A DNA stretch of 64,000 nucleotides from Octopus sinensis (taxonomy: Eukaryota): NCBI RefSeq assembly GCF_006345805.1, contig NC_043012.1, positions 48,856,001-48,920,000 of the forward strand, in the 5' to 3' direction. The translations under genes and the position numbers were made by a program. Positions 39,718 through 53,359 of this stretch are shown piece after piece (position 1 is the first letter of the stretch; each line of letters opens with the position of its first letter). Under the pieces are notes generated by a model, which was given only the letters and a program-made list of their open reading frames with translations, made no database searches and was not told the DNA's origin.

Positions 39718-39751
39718 CTTAACGTTTCGTACGTAAGTCCTTCATCGGAAG
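39718..39751 (-). ncRNA. Degenerate minimal hammerhead motif (PLE type)
   Basis: Minus strand reads CTT-CCGATGA-A-GGAC TTAC GTAC-GAAA-CG-TT-AAG: U4 changed to C and one stem II mismatch. Confidence 0.4.
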
Positions 39752-41140
39752 AAAGGGAAAATATATGGGTGTTTCAGAAGAAACATCACTAGAAGCAAAA
39801 ATACTAATGAGGGCTTAAGGACCAAATGGAGATGCATTCTGTGCAAGAATGAAGGTAAGATGGGTGGTTGTATATGTGTGCGCACGTGCACGTGCTTCAC
39901 GGTATGCATCTCTCCTCTTATTGTATTATATGTGTATATTGTGATACTGATAAATGGAAGTGTGAAATCGCTGTTATGTATGAACAGCTGTGCTGTCTCT
40001 TTATATTGTGGGATATCTCTATTGCGATTGTGTGTCTATAATATGATCTACTATGCGTGTATTGTTGATAATCGATGTGGTACAAAAATATAACACGCGT
40101 TGGAAACTACGTTATTTTGTACGCTCCCTGTCCTGGAATTGTTTTTGTTTTAAGACTTGTGCATGTGTGTCTATATTGTAACCTCTTTCACCAAGGCTTT
40201 CGCTCAGCAATACAAAATTAGCTTTCTAAAGATCTATATTAGTAGTTCTCAAATTATGCGTTATAAGGGACGTTATGCACCTTAGATTTTTAAAAAATCT
40301 ATTACAGCTTTAGAAATCCATATTTATGAATTCATAGTTTTTTTTATATACAACAATGGTGGATACATTTTTATTTAAAAAATTTTTATTTAAAAAATTT
40401 AAATTTAAAATAGTTATTTTTAATTGCCCTTGCGAAGTTCTGCATGAATTTTTCATTTGACCTCCCTTGTGCCTCAATATAAAAAATAAACAAAATGAGA
40501 ATCATCATACGCTGTGGTCATTTGATCGACTAGAAATGGCGAACAAAGTCCCTCCAATTATATTCTATCGTCTTAAATCAGTCCGAAAACTTTGTAGTCT
40601 GATATATTTTAAGCGTTGCAATGATCGCGACTGTAATGCTTTTTTTTTTCACAGGTTTGCTAAATCCTCTTGATCTTGGCTAAATCGCAACAATAGTTTC
40701 TACTATGGACACAAATCCAACACTTTTCTAGGGAGGAGAAATGAATTACATCGATCCCAAAAGAATGAAAGGCAAAGTCGAGTTCAGCTTCCACCAAGGT
40801 CGACTTTACTTTTCCTCCTTTCAGGGTCGATAAAATATGAATACCATTTGAGCACTGGGGTCAATATAATCGACTTGCCCCTCCTGCCTTGTGTCAAAAT
40901 TTGAAATCAATAAGTATCACAGTTATTTTCTATCCTGTAGAAACATGATAATGTATGCCAATTGGCTGAGTCATCAGAGCGTTGGATTTTATTTTCCAGC
41001 TCTCTTCACTCTGATTTCGAATCTTGCCAAAGTCACCGTTTCCTCTCATTGCCGCAGTGTCGATAAGCAAAGTGCCTATCCAGGGGTACTGGATTTTCAG
41101 AAATGTTAGAGTGTCGGTTGAACTCAAAAACTCCACCCAG

Positions 41141-41263
41141 GTGACGATGAGCAGGACTTATGAGTCGACCTTAGAAGCAACTCTGCTACATCCACAACTG
41201 GTCTGCACGAACAGGTAGGCCTACAACCGTTATGGATAAACGAGCGACGGCTTGTTGAGACCT
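41141..41263 (-). mobile_element. Second copy of the extreme 5' part of the same RTE-type UTR
   Basis: Closely similar by eye to 30058-30180. Confidence 0.7.
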
Positions 41264-42218
41264 TCATCCAGCAACAGAACAACAATGGCTGATTGGAAAC
41301 GGATAGCTTATTAACAAAATTTTGCCGGTGTACCGGTTTCATTGTCATTTAGTCTCGGCCAACATTAACTGAATAAACTAGACTTATCAAAGTTGTTCTA
41401 GCACTGGTCGTTTCATCCTTTATTTCAGCCATGATACATCTAGGACTACAGTATCCTTCTTTTCCATCTGAGGACAAATTGCTTACTATTTCTTGCAGGT
41501 CTAGTGACCTCGTACGGACAATATCATTGGCTCATGTATGGATGTGTAAGAATATGTGAGTGAGTAGGTAAGTGTGTGTTAAGTGTGTGTATGTGTTTAC
41601 ACAGCTGCCATCTGACAAAGTTTTAATTAATAAATGAGGGTTAAATATTCTCCGAAACTCCCTCTCGTTATCTCTCTATAACTATCTTACTTCCCTCATT
41701 CCACCTTCTCTCTCTGTCTCTTTATTTTTGTCTTCACATCCGTCCGTTCCATCCTTCCGTTGCTATAATGTTATGTCCGATGACAAACAACATATTAAAA
41801 AGGTTTGTCATAGCAACAACACCCGAAATCACGTGATCTAGTCTGTCCACTAGATAACTTGATGCACACATCATTCTTACCTGCTCAGGTAAACTAAATT
41901 GTCAATCATAAATATCAAATAGCTATTGCTATAGTTACTTATCGCACTAACAACCTATGTTACTTACTTATTCATATAGGTACTTAGATACGCGTGTGCA
42001 CACATGCATACATAAACGAATATACATACTCGTACATATAATCACACTCTACGACAGTGAGAGAATGTATGCGCACACACACGCACACACACACATACCT
42101 CTAACAATCATCCATTCATATACACAGCGTGGATCGATGTTTGTATGAGTATATCTGTATACACAATATATAAGGCTATATATATATGTAAATATATATA
42201 CGTATATATACATGAGCG

Positions 42219-42294
<76 letters not shown>

Positions 42295-42360
42295 CGTATG
42301 TCCATACATATATATCTATATGTACATATGTATCAATGTGTGTGTATACACACACATGAT

Positions 42361-42617
42361 AAATAAATAAATGCGCCCTTTTCAAGCATAGCCAGGCTCA
42401 TGGGCCCGGTTTCCTGGTTTCAATGGCGTATGTGTTCCCCAGCTGGACGGGACGCCTGTCCATCGCAGTCTTACTCATTTTTGCCAGCTGAATGGACTGG
42501 AGCAACGTGAAATGAAGTGTTTTGCTCAAGAACACAACACGTCGCTCGGTCCAGGAATCGAAACCACAATCTTACGATCATGATGCTGATACTCTAACCA
42601 CTAAGCCATGCGCCTAC
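42361..42617 (-). mobile_element. Full-length family A SINE
   Basis: Reverse complement aligns over its full length with 35612-35865. Confidence 0.85.
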
Positions 42618-42709
42618 ACACACACTTTATTATTTAAGCTGCAAAGGCATCACAAAATATCGCAAAAAACTGCTACTTAAAGTTTCGCACTCCCGTATGT
42701 ATATACGTA

Positions 42710-42799
<90 letters not shown>

Positions 42800-42959
42800 G
42801 TTTTCTGTAGTTTGGTAAGATTGAAGGAAAAAGAAACAAAGATAAATAATGAAATACATATGAACCGCAGTGAAACTGGGATATCGCCTTCTTAAAGTGA
42901 TGTCAGAGATCCCATCACTGACTGATGAGACCTGCTACTGATCTTATCTAAACCTGTAC

Positions 42960-43340
42960 AGTGTGTTCTACGGTCGAGTGGACGGCGACTAAACCGCCTC
43001 ATCACCATCCCACTTAAGCAGCTTGCTACTCGAGTGAGGAGGATGTTTGGACACCCTACAGGGCTGAAAACAAGACCTGTGGTGGGGACGGAAGAGCTCC
43101 TTATGGGCCAACGGCTATTCAGTTGGGGAAGGCAATGGCAAACCAACCTTGCCAAGAAAACACTATAAGAAAGTCAGCAGAAAGTAACGCAGTGGCTTTA
43201 TCCGATTGGAAAACTGGCGCTTGGTCGGGGAAGACCTTCGTCGTACTGTTACCAACGTGCTGCGGAAAGCTTCCGATACATGACGAAGAAGATACGGCCG
43301 CTGTAAAACTGGGGCTTTGCCTCCATCATATCAACCGTAG
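42960..43340 (+). mobile_element. Related RTE-type 5'UTR fragment
   Basis: GGCGACTAAACCG...GTGAGGAGGATGTTTGGACACCC...GGGGAAGGCAATGGCAAACCA (RTE/BovB-like motif). Confidence 0.55.
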
Positions 43341-44373
43341 AACTATTTCACTGTGATACTGATTTTATCGTCCTCGAAACTCAAAATCATAACCTTTTAG
43401 CATTTACATTACCCTATCAAATGTAACGTTTATTCATTTGCATTGTTTTGAATTAATCATTATTATCTCATGGCTTCCAAATTTTTTATGTTATGATCAT
43501 TTATTTTTACAGTAACATTGAATGGTAGGTGTGAGAGACCAGACCTCACTGGTTTGAACATATAATTGGTTGAAAATTTGGGCCGGATATTGTCGGTCTA
43601 AATGCTAAGGAGTTAACGTAACCTGGAGGTTAAAGGAGGTACTCAGAATATAAATATTCTGACTTCAACTGTTCTTGAACTCACATTTGTTTTACATCTT
43701 TTCGGAATTGATTCGTATAAACGTCGATGCAGTGTAATGGGAGAATAGCTAGGGTTTCAAGTGTGATGCCTTGCGGAACCTTTGTATTCTGAATACATGT
43801 ACTTATCTTTATTGGAGTCCTGTCAAAAGTTATCTTATTACGAAAGCGCAACATCGGGTTCCAGTCATCAAATAAATAAAGAAAGAAAGAAAGAAAGAAA
43901 GGGCCGTAAATATTCATTCAGAATTGAATAAAATCTGTAATATTGGTTTCTAATTTTGTCAGTAATTTCGGGGGAATGGATAATTTGATTACATGTGCCC
44001 CAGTTTCAAGTGGTTGTTGTTTTGTCAACCTCGTAAGGGTGAAATATAAAGTCGACCCCACGACATTTTAATTGAGAACGTAAAGACGGAAGCATTGCCC
44101 CCCGGTTCGATAATGATTCTGCCAGCTCACCGCCTTAAACTAAATCTGTAATATTACTGAGCGGGTAGTTCTCGCTCATATCTCCCCTAATTCATGTGGG
44201 AGAAAGTGAGATTCTTTTACTCATTACATATTCTTAAGATAATTTTATTCAAATCTTTTTTCAAATACCGAGCACTCCGTCTTTTGTTTTATGGTCCTTG
44301 CTCAACCATTTGTCTGTCTGTTTGTCTGTCTGTCTCTCTGCATACTCATACACATGCAGATATGTGTGTGATA

Positions 44374-44407
<34 letters not shown>

Positions 44408-44453
44408 CATACACACACACACACACACCACACACACAACACACACACACACA

Positions 44454-44522
<69 letters not shown>

Positions 44523-44532
44523 CATGATATAT

Positions 44533-44718
44533 CGCCATGATAGATAGCTAGCCACTACACATTCTTTATTTTCTCTCCTTTTTTCTTTCTGTGTTCCTTT
44601 CTGTGGAAGAGCGTAGGCTCGAAATGCTAAAGACTTTTTCTATTCCCGAGCGTTATACTAATACATCTATTTGTTGTCTACACCACTTGTCTTCGTGTTT
44701 TATTTTTTTGTGTGAATT

Positions 44719-44721
<3 letters not shown>
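44533..44721 (+). mobile_element. Family H copy 3
   Basis: CTGTGGAAGAGCGTAGGCTCGAAATGCTAAAGAC motif; (TA)n on both sides. Confidence 0.7.
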
Positions 44722-44787
<66 letters not shown>

Positions 44788-45219
44788 GTGTGTGTGTAGT
44801 TTAATAAATAAAATATATGTATACATACAAACATATATGTACGTACCTACATCTACATGTATATATACATGCATATACAAATATATATACGTGAGTACAG
44901 GACACCACAACTAGACGTAGAACTCAATGAGAAACGAAAAAGGAAAAACCAATTTTTTTACAACAGAATAACAGAGACGTAGAACTCAACGAGAAACGAA
45001 ACGGAAAAAACATTTTTTTACAACAGAAAAACAGAGTACAGGACATACTACACGAGGAAAAATCCCCTATCATCAGCTGTCACTAGTTCGACTCCAGCGT
45101 GTTTCGAGGGCAAGACAAGACACGACTCGCCAAACAAGTCCTTCCTGCGAGAGAATTAATATAAAATTACCTCGCAGAGGGGTAAACACAAGCAAGAAAA
45201 AAACGTAGCACAAGCAGGA

Positions 45220-45430
45220 CGGTGGTGCTAAAAGTTCCTGGCTTTGGGTAAAAGAAAATACAGGAGGATCAAATAATTATGATTTTATACAACATATTGC
45301 TACCTCAGAATCATACGCTGATTGCAGCGGTCCTCCAGTTTTTGTAAACCCTGTAAAAGAACCCAGAAGGTTGGGCCTCCAGCCAGGCCTTGCATGATAC
45401 CCTTGAAGCCAGGAACTTCTCAGCACCGAT
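45220..45430. mobile_element. Mariner-derived MITE (second copy at 46383-46593)
   Basis: TIRs CGGTGGTGCTAAAAGTTCCTGGCTT / AAGCCAGGAACTTCTCAGCACCG. The internal minus strand reads LQGLQKLEDRCNQRMILR*QYVV*, a mariner transposase C-terminus. Confidence 0.75.
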
Positions 45431-45652
45431 ACATGTACACACACACACACAGACAAACACACACACAGACAAACACATACACAGACAAACACATACACAC
45501 ACACACAAACAAATACACACACACACACACGTCACACACACATACACACACACACACACACACGTCACACACACACACACTCGCACAACTACACCCACGT
45601 AATCACACACACACACACATATACATACGCATTTACTCACACAAAACATAAA

Positions 45653-45690
<38 letters not shown>

Positions 45691-45700
45691 CATGATATAT

Positions 45701-45887
45701 CGCGCATGATAGATAGCTAGCCACTACACATTCTTTATTTTCTCTCCTTTTTTCTTTCTGTGTTCCTTTCTGTGGAAGAGCGTAGGCTCGAAATGCTAAA
45801 GACTTTTTCTATTCCCGAGCGTTATACTAATACATCTATTTGTTGTCTACACCACTTGTCTTCGTGTTTTATTTTTTTGTGTGAATT

Positions 45888-45891
<4 letters not shown>
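45701..45891 (+). mobile_element. Family H copy 4 (part of the 1168-bp tandem duplication)
   Basis: Essentially identical to copy 3. Confidence 0.7.
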
Positions 45892-45959
<68 letters not shown>

Positions 45960-46686
45960 AGTTTAATAAATAAAATATATGTATACATACAAACATATAT
46001 GTACGTACCTACATCTACATGTATATATACATGCATATACAAATATATATACGTGAGTACAGGACACCACAACTAGACGTAGAACTCAATGAGAAACGAA
46101 AAAGGAAAAACCAATTTTTTTACAACAGAATAACAGAGACGTAGAACTCAACGAGAAACGAAAACGGAAAAAACATTTTTTTACAACAGAAAAACAGAGT
46201 ACAGGACATACTACACGAGGAAAAATCCCCTATCATCAGCTGTCACTAGTTCGACTCCAGCGTGTTTCGAGGGCAAGACAAGACACGACTCGCCAAACAA
46301 GTCCTTCCTGCGAGAGAATTAATATAAAATTACCTCGCAGAGGGGTAAACACAAGCAAGAAAAAAACGTAGCACAAGCAGGACGGTGGTGCTAAAAGTTC
46401 CTGGCTTTGGGTAAAAGAAAATACAGGAGGATCAAATAATTATGATTTTATACAACATATTGCTACCTCAGAATCATACGCTGATTGCAGCGGTCCTCCA
46501 GTTTTTGTAAACCCTGTAAAAGAACCCAGAAGGTTGGGCCTCCAGCCAGGCCTTGCATGATACCCTTGAAGCCAGGAACTTCTCAGCACCGATACATGTA
46601 CACACACACACACAGACAAACACACACACAGACAAACACACACACAGACAAACACACACACAGACAAACACATACACACACACACA

Positions 46687-46732
<46 letters not shown>

Positions 46733-46813
46733 CACACACACACTCGCACAACTACACCCACGTAATCACACACACACACATATACATACGCATTTACTCA
46801 CACAAAACATAAA

Positions 46814-46873
<60 letters not shown>

Positions 46874-47554
46874 TAAAGAACGATAAGTGTGTGTGTATGT
46901 GTGCGTGAGCGCGTGCGCGTAAGTGTGTGTGTGTGTATACAGAGCAAGAGTGTCAAATGCGTTGGTCAGGATATTGATAAATTGTCACTTCCTATTTTTT
47001 ATGTTGAGCATAACAGCGAACCTCCTCATATAATAAATAATGTTCTATATTTTATAGCGCACTGAGTTATATAACGTCTATCTTATAGTATCTTCACCCC
47101 TTTCAATGCCAGGTCCCTTTTAGAAATAGTGCATATCTCCTCAATCAATTTCTGATAATGTAATTGGCCGAGTCCCGTAACTCCTTTGATGTAAACCTCA
47201 TTTTCGTGTGTTACAAATGATATTAAACATGCTTTTTAAGGTCTAAGTTCTGTCGTTATATATTCTATTCTCTAAGCAATTCACAGAATTGCTTAGAAGT
47301 GTAACAGCTAGTTATTTGGAAGACAACAATCATTACCATTTCAATGGGCTTGAAGAAAACTATACGATTCCTTTAGAAGGTATCTGTCTGCCTAAACAAG
47401 CAATCTTAACGTCAGAAAAGTCGACCATACGAAATATAATTATTACTAAAGTTATTTTTGCTGAAGAACGAGACGACAAAATGATTCTACAGAGTTTCGC
47501 AACTTACTGGAAGTACTTTCAGTCACTGGTTTAAAACTATTCTTTTTTTTTTAT

Positions 47555-48325
47555 TACCCAAAAGGGGCTAAACATAGAGGGGAGAAACAAAGACAGACAA
47601 ACAGATTAAGTCGATTACATCAACCCCAGTGCGTAACTGGTACTTTATTTATCGACCTCGAAAGGATGAAAGGCAAAGTCGACCTCGGCGGAATTTGAAC
47701 TCAGAACGTAACGGCAGACGAAATACCTATTTCTTTACTACCCACAATGGACTAAACATTGAGGGGACAAACAAGGGCAGACAAACGGATGAAGTCGATT
47801 ACATCGACCCCAGTGAGTAACTGGTACTTTATTTATCGACGCCGAAAGGATGAAAGGCAAAGTCGACCTCGGCGGAATTTGAACTCAGAACATAAAGTGA
47901 GACGAAATACCTATTTCTTTACCACCCACAAGGGGCTAAACATAGAGGGGACAAACAAGGACAGACAAACGGATGAAGTCGATTATATCGACCGCGGTGC
48001 GTAACTGGTACTTTATTTATCGACCCCGAAAGGATGAAAGGCAAAGTCGACCTTGGCGAAATTTGAACTCAGCACGTAGCGCCAGACGAAATACCTATTT
48101 CTTTACTACCCACAAGGGGCTAAACATAGAAGGAACAAATAAGGACAGACAAACAGATGAAGTCGATTATATCAACCCCAGTGAGTAACTGGTACTTAAT
48201 TTATCGACCCCGAAAGGATGAAAGGCAAAGTCGACCACGGCGGAATTTGAACTCAGAACGTAACGGCAGACGAAATACAGCTACGCATTTCGCCCGGCAT
48301 GCTAACGGTTCTGCCAGCTCACCCT
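47555..48325 (-). mobile_element. Family C SINE: head plus four tandem ~183-bp body units
   Basis: The unit AAGGGGCTAAACATAGAGGGGACAAACAAGG...GAACTCAGAACGTAACGGCAGACGAAATACC recurs four times, followed by a single head ending CTGCCAGCTCACC. Confidence 0.9.
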
Positions 48326-49599
48326 ATCGGTCACAGTCTCTCGTTTAGTTTGGTAGTTATTTTATCGATCTCCTACCTAATCTCTAAGTTACGCTTTTGA
48401 TAGGGATGAATCTCTATACATAAAGAACCCCAGTAAACGTAAACATGTTGTTTCTATCCACCAAATTTCATTCGCATAGCACTTGTCATTCCAGGGCTAA
48501 AACAGAAGTGTGGGATATTAAAATCCATCCGACCAGGAATTAAGTGGTGCTGAAGCCATCTTATTACGCACAATGCCCTGCCATACATACATACATACAT
48601 ACATACATACATACATACAGACATGCATACATACATGCATAATCTGTAAATACCTACGTACATACACACGCGTGTGTGTATGTGTGTACATGTATGTGTG
48701 TGTATATATACATATATTGACATACACATGATTACTCACGCCCAAAACTTCTACTGGGTACTTCTACATACATACATACATACATATATATATATATACA
48801 GTGTACATTTAAACACATAAGAGATGTCCATAACAGGACATCTGACTCGCTAGAAAGATTAGTTAAACTACAAACCACTAATAGTTGTAATTAGAAAGTG
48901 GTTTGTAGTTTAACTACTCTATATTAATTAATGATATATATATATTTATTTATATGTTCAAAAGCTAAGATTGCAGACTGTTGCTACAAGTTTGCATCCA
49001 ACCGTTAGCAATGTAATATTTTCGACGCAAAATCCTGAGTGATAACTCAGTAGCTCAGATAACGAATAGCTAAGCTCTATTTCTTTGAGAATCGCTTACA
49101 CCAAGAACATGTTCTACCTTGACTACCTAGGAAACGTCATACCACTCTCAAAGTTCGTTTGTAAATAAAGAGACAAAACCGAGACTAATGGCATTTCATG
49201 GACGTTGTTAGATAAAGTCCATACGTATTAGAGAAGGTCAAATACTGCTCTTATGACTCACAGAGAAATTCTACATCACCTGACATCTGATTATTTTGTA
49301 AAGAGTAACAAACTAATTTTGACTTGCTTACACTTGTTCAAATGATCGCGAAGGTATCCTCCCGGCAACCGCTGACGATTTACATTGCTAATAATCTCAA
49401 AACTCCTTTTATTGCATTCAGAACAATTGGCATGGACTGACATCTGACGGGTTGAATAAACTGAGGCTCGGTGATATTTATTACTTGTTTACTTTAAATA
49501 AATTAACATACATATGATTACCCACGCCAACAACTTCTACTTGGTACTTCTAAATTTTGTACTACACTATATACAAAAATGTGTGCCTGCATGTCAAGA

Positions 49600-49902
49600 C
49601 GCCATGATAGATCGTTAGCTACTACAAACTTTTTTTCTCTCCTTCATTCTCTCATTGTTTTTTCTCTCATTGTTTTTTCTCTCCTTTTTTTCTCTCCTTT
49701 TTTCTCTCCTTTTTTTTCTCTCCTTTTTTCTCTCCTTTTTTCTCTCCTTGTTTCTCTCCTTGTTTTTCTCTGTGTATCTTTCTGTCGAAGAGCGTAGGCT
49801 CGAAACGTAAAAGACTTTCTCTTTTCCTGAGCGCTATACTAATACGTTTGTTTGTTTGTACTCCACCTGCCTTCGTCTTTTGTTTATTTTCGTAAACTTT
49901 CC

Positions 49903-49905
<3 letters not shown>
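49600..49905 (+). mobile_element. Family H copy 5 with internal (CTCTCCTTTTTT)-type minisatellite expansion
   Basis: Same ends as the other copies; TCTTT-CTGTCGA-A-GAGC GTAG GCTC-GAAA-CG-TA-AAAGA at 49777-49814; followed by (TA)n. Confidence 0.7.
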
Positions 49906-49949
<44 letters not shown>

Positions 49950-50334
49950 GTTTCTATGTGCAGGGCTATAACCTATCTTCAGAAGTATCTAAATTCTAGT
50001 ACCAGCATTTCGCCAGTTAATAGTTAATATTACTGCCTCATAATAATACTGGTACGAAAATGTTCAATAAGATTGTGATTATCCTTCTTACATGCAGTAC
50101 TGAGTGTATCTTTCTCGCTCTCCTGTTCTCTTTTTCCCTTTCACTTTCTCTTAAGAATCGTTTCAGGATTTTATTACGAATAAGATGATATGCAGTGGTA
50201 TATCGTTACAGTGATATTACATATAATGATATTTTATCACGGTGATATTTTCGCCAAAACGCTAAAACGAGGTTAGTATAAGACGGCAGCAATCTCTCGT
50301 TACTGAATGACAATGATAGGAACTCGCTCGATAT

Positions 50335-50700
50335 GGGAGCAATAAATTGCTGCGCGCTTACAAGACAGGGTTATTCACTACCGCAACATCTTAGGCTTTT
50401 CGTACATGAATCCCATCTGAAACGTGGAAATGCGACATCACACTGACCTAACGTCCCCATAAATTCTTTTCACAAGAATGAAGAAAATAAAGTTGAGAGG
50501 GTATGACCATGTACAAAGATCCAATAACCATGCAAAGACGGTTCTTCCAGGAACAGATAAAAGAGAAAGAAGGAGAGGTGGACAGAGAAATGGCTGGATT
50601 GGGCAATATCAAGAAATAAACAAATAAATCAGTTGCGGGGACCCGAGTCCTGCCATACAACCAGGTGGAGAAGATTGGTATACAGTATATACAGTATATC
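50335..50700 (+). mobile_element. RTE-clade LINE 3' ORF fragment (pseudogenised)
   Basis: One frame reads HYRNILGFSYMNPI*NVEMRH...MKKIKLRGYDHVQRSNNHAKTVLPGTDKRERRRGGQRNGW, matching the RTE C-terminal YRRILGISY.DHITNEEV...KLRWYGHV.R...AKTILQG...RRRGRQR..W pattern. Confidence 0.85.
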
Positions 50701-51129
50701 ATAGCTGTACCACCCTTCTAATCGACCGGAAGCGGAAGTTCAAGAAAGTAATATATCCCAATACGGCAGTGGTATTTTATGTCACTTATACAAAACACTA
50801 TTGCCTGAACAATGGTGCAAGCTGTTTGACAAGTTTATACAATATAGATTCACTGCTAAAGATGTTAAGACCTATAGTAAAATTATACATTTTGGTTTAG
50901 AAAGAATTGTCTTCACATGTTGTTTCATTGACTGATATAAACGGATTACGAGTGTCAATAGCAATTAACCAACAGTCTTGTTACACATTACCCGATCACG
51001 CATACACGCAAGCATGCACACACACACATACACACACACACACACACACACATACACACACACACACACACATACACACACACACCACACATACACACAC
51101 ACACACACACAACACACATACACACACAC

Positions 51130-51167
<38 letters not shown>

Positions 51168-51469
51168 ACGTGCACAAACGCCCACATACAATAACATGTA
51201 TGTCTAAATATTTGTATCTATGAGTATGTATATATGTAAGTGTATGCATGCATGTATGTGTGTGTGTGTATATACATATGTTTAAATTATGTGTATGTAT
51301 ACACGAAGAGACACACACAAATGCATATGCATATATGCATGTATTGTATATATATGTACATACACGTGAATGTGTCTGTTCGATTTGACATATATCTACC
51401 TACATCTAACAAATTATTTATGTGGATACGTATATATTTATGCATGTGTGCTTCTTCACACACACACAG

Positions 51470-51766
51470 ACACATATATACATGCACGCACACATACACA
51501 AACACATATATACATGCACACACACACACAATACATGCGCTCACACATATATATACACACACACACATACACAAACACATATATACATGCACACACACAC
51601 ATATAATACATGCGCTCACACATATATATACACACACACATACACAAACACATATATACATGCACACACACATATATAATACATGTGCTCACACATATAT
51701 ATCCACACACATACACAAACACATATATACATGCACACACACTCAATATAATACATGCGCTCACAC

Positions 51767-51798
<32 letters not shown>

Positions 51799-51800
51799 GC
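51470..51800. repeat. Higher-order minisatellite (~62-66 bp) built from CA/TA microsatellite
   Basis: The recurring landmarks CAAACACATATATACATGC and AATACATGCGCTCACAC appear about four times. Confidence 0.75.
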
Positions 51801-52269
51801 ATATACAAAATACATATATAACATTATATATATATATCTAATGAATACAATTAGGAAAGAAATAACGAATAGATTCTATTTGAGATTGACATTCATTCAG
51901 TTATAGTTGAAAGCACTTGTCACATGTCAGAGTAGTCGATCACTAATTGGTTAATTTCAGTTACGTGCTCAACAACAACAACATCAACAAGAATGACACT
52001 TCTCAGCAAACCAGCTTCAACATTACTGGTATCCTTTTTTTTTGTTTTTATCTAATTATGTCGTTAACAACAACTCGAGATGTGGTCAATGTTTTAAAGC
52101 TACAAATTCTTTGTGTCTTGTGGTATATATAAACGCTGTTGATGCTGTTGTTGTCGTCTTGTTGATTGGTTGGTTGATTGGTTGGCTGGTTAGTCGGCTG
52201 GCTGTTGTTTGTAGCAGCAGTGGCAGTATTATTCTGATTCTTTGTCTTTGTTGTTCTTTGTTGCTATTG

Positions 52270-52502
52270 GGAGCTGGCAGAAACGTTAGCACGCCGGGCG
52301 AAATCCGTAGCCGTAGTATTTCGTCTGCCGTTATGTTCGGAGTTCAAATTCCGCCGAGGTCCACTTTGCCTTTCATACTTTCGGGGTCGATTTAAATAAG
52401 TACCAGTTACGCACTGGGGTCTATGTAATCGACTTAATCCCTTTGTCTGTCCTTGTTTGTTCCCTCTGCGTTTAGCCCCTTGTGGGTAGTAAAGAAATAG
52501 GA
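52270..52502 (+). mobile_element. Family C SINE: head plus one unit
   Basis: GAGCTGGCAGAAACGTTAGCACGCCGGGCGAAAT...GTGGGTAGTAAAGAAATAGG. Confidence 0.85.
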
Positions 52503-52786
52503 TATTGCTCTTCTTGTTCATTGACGTCAGAATCAAGACCACGATGATAATTCCCTCCAAAACTGTTCCTCACCACGATTCTCAAGACAATTCATTTAGA
52601 GTATGATGATGATAAGGAGGAGGATATTATGATGATGTCAACAACTGCTAACACGGAACCACAGCAGTAATAGTTCCGTGGAAAGAGACATGGGAGACCC
52701 TGTGAGACCTTTGACAGCAGGCTGCTATCCGCGCTCACGGAATTAACCCAAGCAAGACCGAGAGCCTTGAGAAGTAAAATGGAATA

Positions 52787-52844
<58 letters not shown>

Positions 52845-53359
52845 TACCAGGCTGTGGCTCACATGGTTTCTGATCTTAACTGATTGGAAGCGTTGTCATG
52901 TACATGTTTTGTCTTAGTGTAAAATATGGGCTACAGCAAGTATTCTGCTCAATGCCACAGATTTGCTTGTCAGTTGTTTGACCATAGCCAGTTGAGCATG
53001 TTCCTTGGTGGCTGACAATATGTGCATCTCTGATCACAAGCAGAAGTAGTGGGGGGGGGGCCATGGCCATGTGTTGAGAGGAGTTATTAGGGGTTTGAAT
53101 AGTTCACCTCTGGAAACATGGGTGTTTCGTTCATCATCCTTAAGCATTCTTTATTCAGGGTCCTTTGAGCGGGATTGGCTAACTATTCTGCCAGGTCACT
53201 ATCTTTTATTTGTTTTTAGTTTATGCACAAGGCCAGCAGTTATGAGAAAAGACTATCAGTCAATGGTTCATAAGTACTTGACAGGTAATTCATTTTATCG
53301 ATCACGCAGGGATGAAAGGTAAGATTAAAGTTTAAAACATAGACAGCTGGAAAAATACC

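Larger units (their letters stand above)
44521..46870. repeat. Tandem duplication, period ~1168 bp
   Basis: ACCATGATATATCG at 44521 and 45689. Non-microsatellite parts are essentially identical. Confidence 0.9.

Noticed and set aside
42915-42960. CTGATGAG as a hammerhead core (likewise CTGATGA at ~28292)
   Set aside because: No downstream GAAA with a closing stem II.
45060-45120. Minus-strand CCCTC-GAAA...GTC...CTGATGA-TAGGG as a type II hammerhead
   Set aside because: Stem II is partly plausible, but the 10.1-11.1 pair is mismatched, stem III has mismatches and no stem I forms.
47555-48325. Regularly spaced ~183-bp repeats as a CRISPR-like array
   Set aside because: The whole unit is repeated with no unique spacers, it matches dispersed SINE bodies, and the context is eukaryotic.
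52845-53200. Complex block after (AAT)n that looks like a dispersed repeat 3' region
   Set aside because: Only one copy in the window and no diagnostic motif, so it could not be classified from sequence alone.
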